DNA from: Acidimicrobiales bacterium
GTDB taxonomy: Bacteria > Actinomycetota > Acidimicrobiia > Acidimicrobiales > RAAP-2
DNA: 64,000 bases
NCBI GenBank assembly: GCA_035948855.1
Contig: DASZIT010000052.1
Location: forward strand, 28,560 to 92,559
Direction of reading: 5' to 3'
The position numbers and the translations under genes were made by a program. Positions 60,352-64,000 of this stretch are shown one piece after another. The notes beneath the pieces are model-generated. The model saw only the letters and a program-made list of their open reading frames with translations, did no database searches and was not told the DNA's origin. How positions within the stretch are numbered: position 1 is the first letter of the stretch; every line of letters begins with the position of its first letter.

Positions 60352-61382
60352 GCGGGATGGATCCCGGGCGACCGGTGGCGGTGGTGGTGGCCCGCGACGG
60401 CCGGCTGCCGGTCGGGGCCGACGAGGCGGTGGCCGAGGCCGGGGAGCAGGTGGTGGTGGTCGGCTCCGGCACGGTGGATGCGGCCCGGTCGTTACTGGCC
60501 GCGCAACGGGCGTGGTGCTGCGAGACGGGTCCCGGGTTACGGCCGGGGGCGCTGTCCGGGGTGGTGGCCGACCTGGTGGCCGGGGTGCCACTGGTGGTCA
60601 TGCCCTCGTCCCCCGACGGCCGGGATCTCGCCCCGCGGGTGGCGGCCCGACTGGGGGTGCCCTACATCGCCCACGCCGTCTCGGTGTGCGCCCGGACCGG
60701 TCCGGCGGGATTCCGGGTCGGGGCCGAGGTGTCCCGGCTCGACGACCGGATCCTGGTCCCGGTGACCGTCGACGGTCCGGCGGTGGCCACCCTGGTGCCG
60801 GGGAGCCGCACCGTGGTCCCGGTGGACCGGCCGTCGTCCTGGGAGCCGGAGCTCATCGCTCCGGCGGTGGCGGCACCCCCGGGGGAGCCCGCCACCCCGC
60901 CCGACCCCGAGGTCATCGAGGTGCTGAAACCCGACCCCGCCACCATGGACCTGGCCGATGCCACCCGGGTGCTGGCCGGAGGGGCGGGCCTGGCCGCCCA
61001 CGCCTCCGATCACCGGGCCCGGGCCACCTTCGAGCTCCTGGTGCAGGTGGCGGCGGCGTTGGGGGCGTCGGCCGGGGCCACCCGGGTGGCCACCGACGCC
61101 GGCTGGATCGGCTACGAGCGACAGATCGGGACCACCGGGGTGGCCATCGACCCCGACCTGTACATCGCCTTCGGGGTGTCGGGGGCCACCCAGCACGTCG
61201 GCGGGCTCGGGACCCCCCGGCATGTGGTCAGCGTCAACACCGACCCCTCCTGCCCGATGACGGCGATGGCCGATCTCGGCCTGGTCACCGACGGGCCCGG
61301 GCTGCTGGCCGAGCTGGCCCGGCGGTTCGGCGTCGCCGTCCCGGCCGGCGCCATTCCCGACCCGGCACGAGGCGGGTCGTGA
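60348..61382 (+). CDS. Electron transfer flavoprotein alpha-subunit-like protein (FixB/EtfA-like)
   Basis: C-terminal FAD-binding signature GASAGATRVATDAGWIGYERQIGTTGVAIDPDLYIAFGVSGATQHVGGL. GTG at 60348 overlaps the previous stop (GTGA). ATG 60357 is an alternative start. Confidence 0.8.
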   Translation: MSGMDPGRPVAVVVARDGRLPVGADEAVAEAGEQVVVVGSGTVDAARSLLAAQRAWCCETGPGLRPGALSGVVADLVAGVPLVVMPSSPDGRDLAPRVAARLGVPYIAHAVSVCARTGPAGFRVGAEVSRLDDRILVPVTVDGPAVATLVPGSRTVVPVDRPSSWEPELIAPAVAAPPGEPATPPDPEVIEVLKPDPATMDLADATRVLAGGAGLAAHASDHRARATFELLVQVAAALGASAGATRVATDAGWIGYERQIGTTGVAIDPDLYIAFGVSGATQHVGGLGTPRHVVSVNTDPSCPMTAMADLGLVTDGPGLLAELARRFGVAVPAGAIPDPARGGS

Positions 61383-62707
61383 CCGGGCCGGGTGGGGCGC
61401 CGGGGTCCCCGGTGTTCGACGCGGTGGTAGTCGGCGCCGGGCCCGCGGGATCGGCGGCGGCGCTGGCCCTGGCCCGGGCCGGCCGGTCGGTCGTCCTGGT
61501 CGAGCGCGGGCCGTTCCCCGGCGCCAAGAATGTCTACGGCGGGGTGGTCTACGGACGGGTCCTCGACGAGGTGGTGCCCGGGTGGTGGGAGCAGGTGCCG
61601 GTCGAGCGCTGGGTGGTCCGGCGGTCGACGATGATGATGACCGGCACCCAGTCGGTGTCGCTCGACTACCGGTCGGCGGCGTGGGGGGAGGCCCCCTACA
61701 ACGGGATGACCACCCTCCGGTCGCGGTTCGACAGCTGGCTGGCGGCCAAGGCCGTCGAGGCCGGCGCCGTCCTGGTCACCTCCACCGTCGCCACCCACCT
61801 GTTGCGGGACGCCGGCGGGCGGATCGTCGGGGTCCGCACCGATCGCGAGCAGGGGGAGCTGTGGGCCAAGGTGGTGGTGGCCGCCGACGGGGTCAACTCG
61901 TTCCTGGCCAAGGAAGCCGGGTTGATGCCGGTGGCCGAGGCCTCCCATCACACCCTCGGGGTGAAAGAGGTGCTGGACCTCCCCCGCCAGGTCATCGACG
62001 AGCGGTTCGGCCTGCGGGGGGACGAGGGTGTCGACATCGAGATGCTGGGCTGCACCCGGGGCATCCCCGGGGGCGGGTTCCTCTATACCAATGCCGACAC
62101 CGTGAGCCTCGGGGTGGTGTTGTCGCTGACCCACCTGGCCGAGGCCAAGGTGCGACCCGAGGAGTTGATCGCCGACCTCAAAGCTCATCCCTCCATCGCC
62201 CCCTACCTGCGGGACGCCACCCTGCGCGAGTACTCGGCCCACCTGATCCCCGAAGGGGGCTACGACACCATGCCGGTGATGGTGACCGACGGGATGCTGG
62301 TGGCCGGCGACGCCGCCGGGATGACCCTGGCCGCCGGGCTGTGGCTGGAGGGGGTCAACTTCGCCATCGGCTCCGGTCTGGCCGCCGGTCGTGCCATCGA
62401 CCGGGCCATCACCACCGGCGACTGTTCCGCCCGGGGACTCGCCTCCTACCGGGCCGACCTGGAGGGCCAGTTCGTGCTGGCCGACCACAAACGGCTGCGC
62501 AAGGCCCCGGGGCTGGTGCTGTCCGAGCGGATCCAGCAGCGCTACCCGGGGTTGGTCTGCGACCTGGTGGAGGGGATGTTCACCGTCACCAACCCGACGC
62601 CCAAGCGGGGAGCCTTCCGGGTCACCCGGTCGGCGGCGGCCAAGCACGGGGTCAAGCTCCGGCAACTGGCCGCCGACACCGTTCGGGCGGCGAGGATCTT
62701 CGGGTGA
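61379..62707 (+). CDS. fixC: FAD-dependent ETF:quinone oxidoreductase-like protein (FixC family)
   Basis: FDAVVVGAGPAGSAAALALARAGRSVVLVERGPFPGAKNVYGG, AADGVNSFLAKEAGL and GDAAGM. GTGA overlap with the ETF-alpha gene. Confidence 0.85.
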   Translation: MTGPGGAPGSPVFDAVVVGAGPAGSAAALALARAGRSVVLVERGPFPGAKNVYGGVVYGRVLDEVVPGWWEQVPVERWVVRRSTMMMTGTQSVSLDYRSAAWGEAPYNGMTTLRSRFDSWLAAKAVEAGAVLVTSTVATHLLRDAGGRIVGVRTDREQGELWAKVVVAADGVNSFLAKEAGLMPVAEASHHTLGVKEVLDLPRQVIDERFGLRGDEGVDIEMLGCTRGIPGGGFLYTNADTVSLGVVLSLTHLAEAKVRPEELIADLKAHPSIAPYLRDATLREYSAHLIPEGGYDTMPVMVTDGMLVAGDAAGMTLAAGLWLEGVNFAIGSGLAAGRAIDRAITTGDCSARGLASYRADLEGQFVLADHKRLRKAPGLVLSERIQQRYPGLVCDLVEGMFTVTNPTPKRGAFRVTRSAAAKHGVKLRQLAADTVRAARIFG

Positions 62708-63042
62708 GCCGGGCGGCCGGAGCACTCGGGCGGCCCGACCCGGTGCCGGGTGGCCCATGGCGGGGCATCTCCTTCGAGGACCGGATGGCTACCGTCGAGT
62801 TCCGGGTCGGGGCCCGGGCCCACATCGTGGTCGACTCGGATGTGTGCCGGTCGTGCACCACCCAGGCCTGCGTCACCGCCTGTCCGGCCAACCTCTTCGC
62901 CCCCACCTCGGACGGAGGCATCCTCTTCAACTACGAGGAGTGCTTCGAGTGCGGGACCTGCTACATGATCTGCAACCACGACGGCGCCATCGCCTGGACC
63001 TATCCCGACGGCGGCCAGGGGGTCGTCTTCCACCATGGATGA
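62704..63042 (+). CDS. fixX: Ferredoxin-like protein FixX
   Basis: HIVVDSDVCRSCTTQACVTACPANLF...NYEECFECGTCYMICN. About 112 aa. GTGA overlap with fixC. Confidence 0.85.
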   Translation: MSRAAGALGRPDPVPGGPWRGISFEDRMATVEFRVGARAHIVVDSDVCRSCTTQACVTACPANLFAPTSDGGILFNYEECFECGTCYMICNHDGAIAWTYPDGGQGVVFHHG

Positions 63043-63961
63043 CCGCCGCGACGGCCCGATGGTGGTCGCCTGCGTCCGGATCGGCGACCTCCGGCCCCGG
63101 GTCGATCCGCTGACCGGCGCGGTGGTCCGCGACCAGCTGGGGGCCGGGCTGACGCCGGCCGATGCCGCCGCCCTCGAGTACGCCTTTCGCGTCGCCGGGG
63201 CCTGGGCCGGCCACGTGGTGGTGGTCACCGCCGCGCCTCCGTCGGCCGACCCGTGGCTCCGGGAGGCGGTCGCCCTCGGGGCCACTCCGCTCCGCGTCGG
63301 TGTCGGCGCCCCGTCCTCGGACCCGGGATACGCCGAGCAACTGGGGGCGGACGAGCGGGCCGAGGCCGACGCCATCGCCGCCGCCCTCGCCGGCTACGGA
63401 CGGCCGGCCCTGGTTTTGTGCGGAGACCGGTCGGCGGACCGCGGCACCGGGGCGCTCCCGGCGTTTCTCGCCCACCGGCTGGGGGCGGCCCAGGCGCTGG
63501 GTCTGGTCGCGCTCGCCCCCTCCGACCAGCCGCTGACCCTGGTGGCCGAGCGCCGGCTGGACGGGGGGTGGCGCGAGCGCCTCCGGGTGGCCTGCCCGGC
63601 TGTCTGCTCGGTGGAGGGGGCCGGGATCCGGTTGCGGCGGGCCTCGCTGACCGCCACCCTGGCCGCCCAGGGCACGGTGATCCCGGTCATCGAAGCCGCG
63701 GGCGGACCCGGGGAACCCGGACCCGGTCTGGAATCGGATGGCGGGGTGCGCCCCTTCCGGCCCCGAACCCGGGTGGTCCCGCCGCCGGAAAGCGATGATC
63801 CCCGATTGCGGCTGCTGGCCCTGACCGGGGCACTGGTGGCCCATGACCCGCCCACCGTCATCGGGCCCGTCGACGCGTCGGGGGCGGCCGACGCCCTGTT
63901 CGATTTCCTGAACCGGCACGGCTATCTCGTCGGGCCGACCGACCGCGAGGCGGGGCGGTGA
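63035..63961 (+). CDS. Divergent electron transfer flavoprotein beta-subunit-like protein (FixA/EtfB-like)
   Basis: MVVACVRIGDLRPRVDPLTG, LTPADAAALEYAFRV and LVLCGDRSADRGTGALPAFLAHRLG resemble ETF-beta blocks. It has an extended C-terminus. The ATG overlaps the fixX stop by 8 nt. Confidence 0.7.
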   Translation: MDDRRDGPMVVACVRIGDLRPRVDPLTGAVVRDQLGAGLTPADAAALEYAFRVAGAWAGHVVVVTAAPPSADPWLREAVALGATPLRVGVGAPSSDPGYAEQLGADERAEADAIAAALAGYGRPALVLCGDRSADRGTGALPAFLAHRLGAAQALGLVALAPSDQPLTLVAERRLDGGWRERLRVACPAVCSVEGAGIRLRRASLTATLAAQGTVIPVIEAAGGPGEPGPGLESDGGVRPFRPRTRVVPPPESDDPRLRLLALTGALVAHDPPTVIGPVDASGAADALFDFLNRHGYLVGPTDREAGR

Positions 63962-64000
63962 CCTCGCTGGCCGAACTGGCCTGGCCGGAGGTCGGGAACC
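63958..64000 (+). CDS. mftE: Start of probable mycofactocin peptidase MftE (creatininase fold), truncated by the window edge
   Basis: GTG overlapping the previous stop (GTGA). VTSLAELAWPEVGN matches the L..L.WPE N-terminal pattern of creatininase-family/MftE proteins. Only 14 codons are visible. Confidence 0.4.
   Translation, partial: MTSLAELAWPEVGN

Noticed and set aside
55133-60591. 829-aa (55133..57622) and 1013-aa (57550..60591) minus-strand ORFs across the mycofactocin operon
   Set aside because: They are antisense to mftC and the two OYE-type genes. The translations are low-complexity (R/G/P/A) with no recognisable domains.
59829-62707. 517-aa and 833-aa plus-strand ORFs taken at full length
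   Set aside because: Their N-terminal halves overlap the preceding genes out of frame and are Arg/Gly/Pro-rich. The real genes start at the GTGA junctions, 60348 and 61379.

Overview
High-GC (about 70% by eye) chromosomal segment that looks like Actinomycetota. It is densely packed, with about 65 protein-coding genes on both strands. I found no rRNA, tRNA, CRISPR array, integrase or transposase. Most long ORFs in the track are antisense shadows or over-extended N-termini. I re-derived starts by hand, and many are GTG starts overlapping the previous stop as GTGA.

Housekeeping genes present:
- cysteine desulfurase-mnmA-ligA operon
- ileS
- leuA, preceded by a Leu-Leu-Leu leader peptide and a U-tract terminator (attenuator)
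- fpg/nei-type glycosylase
- Sir2 deacetylase
- a PASTA-domain Ser/Thr kinase

The remainder is accessory redox, hydrolase and detoxification content:
- three SAM methyltransferases with LysR and MarR regulators
- aldehyde dehydrogenases and SDRs
- two tandem SRPBCC gene pairs
- DJ-1, MBL, DinB and VOC genes
- a vapBC-type toxin-antitoxin pair coupled to an APH-like kinase
- a DUF4242-adenylate cyclase fusion in a lower-GC islet
- a secreted glycine-rich protein

The most interesting locus is 52.7-64.0 kb. It is a mycofactocin (MFT) system: nicotinoprotein-type ADH, mftR, and mftA (C-terminus IDGMCGVY), mftB and mftC. Where mftD normally sits, there are six translationally coupled genes: two FadH/OYE-type flavo-iron-sulfur oxidoreductases, ETF-alpha, FixC, FixX and ETF-beta. 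A probable mftE start follows at the window edge. I interpret this insert as an uncharacterised electron conduit, possibly bifurcating, between mycofactocin and the quinone or NAD(P) pools.

All calls rest on motif-level reading of the translations. No database search was possible.
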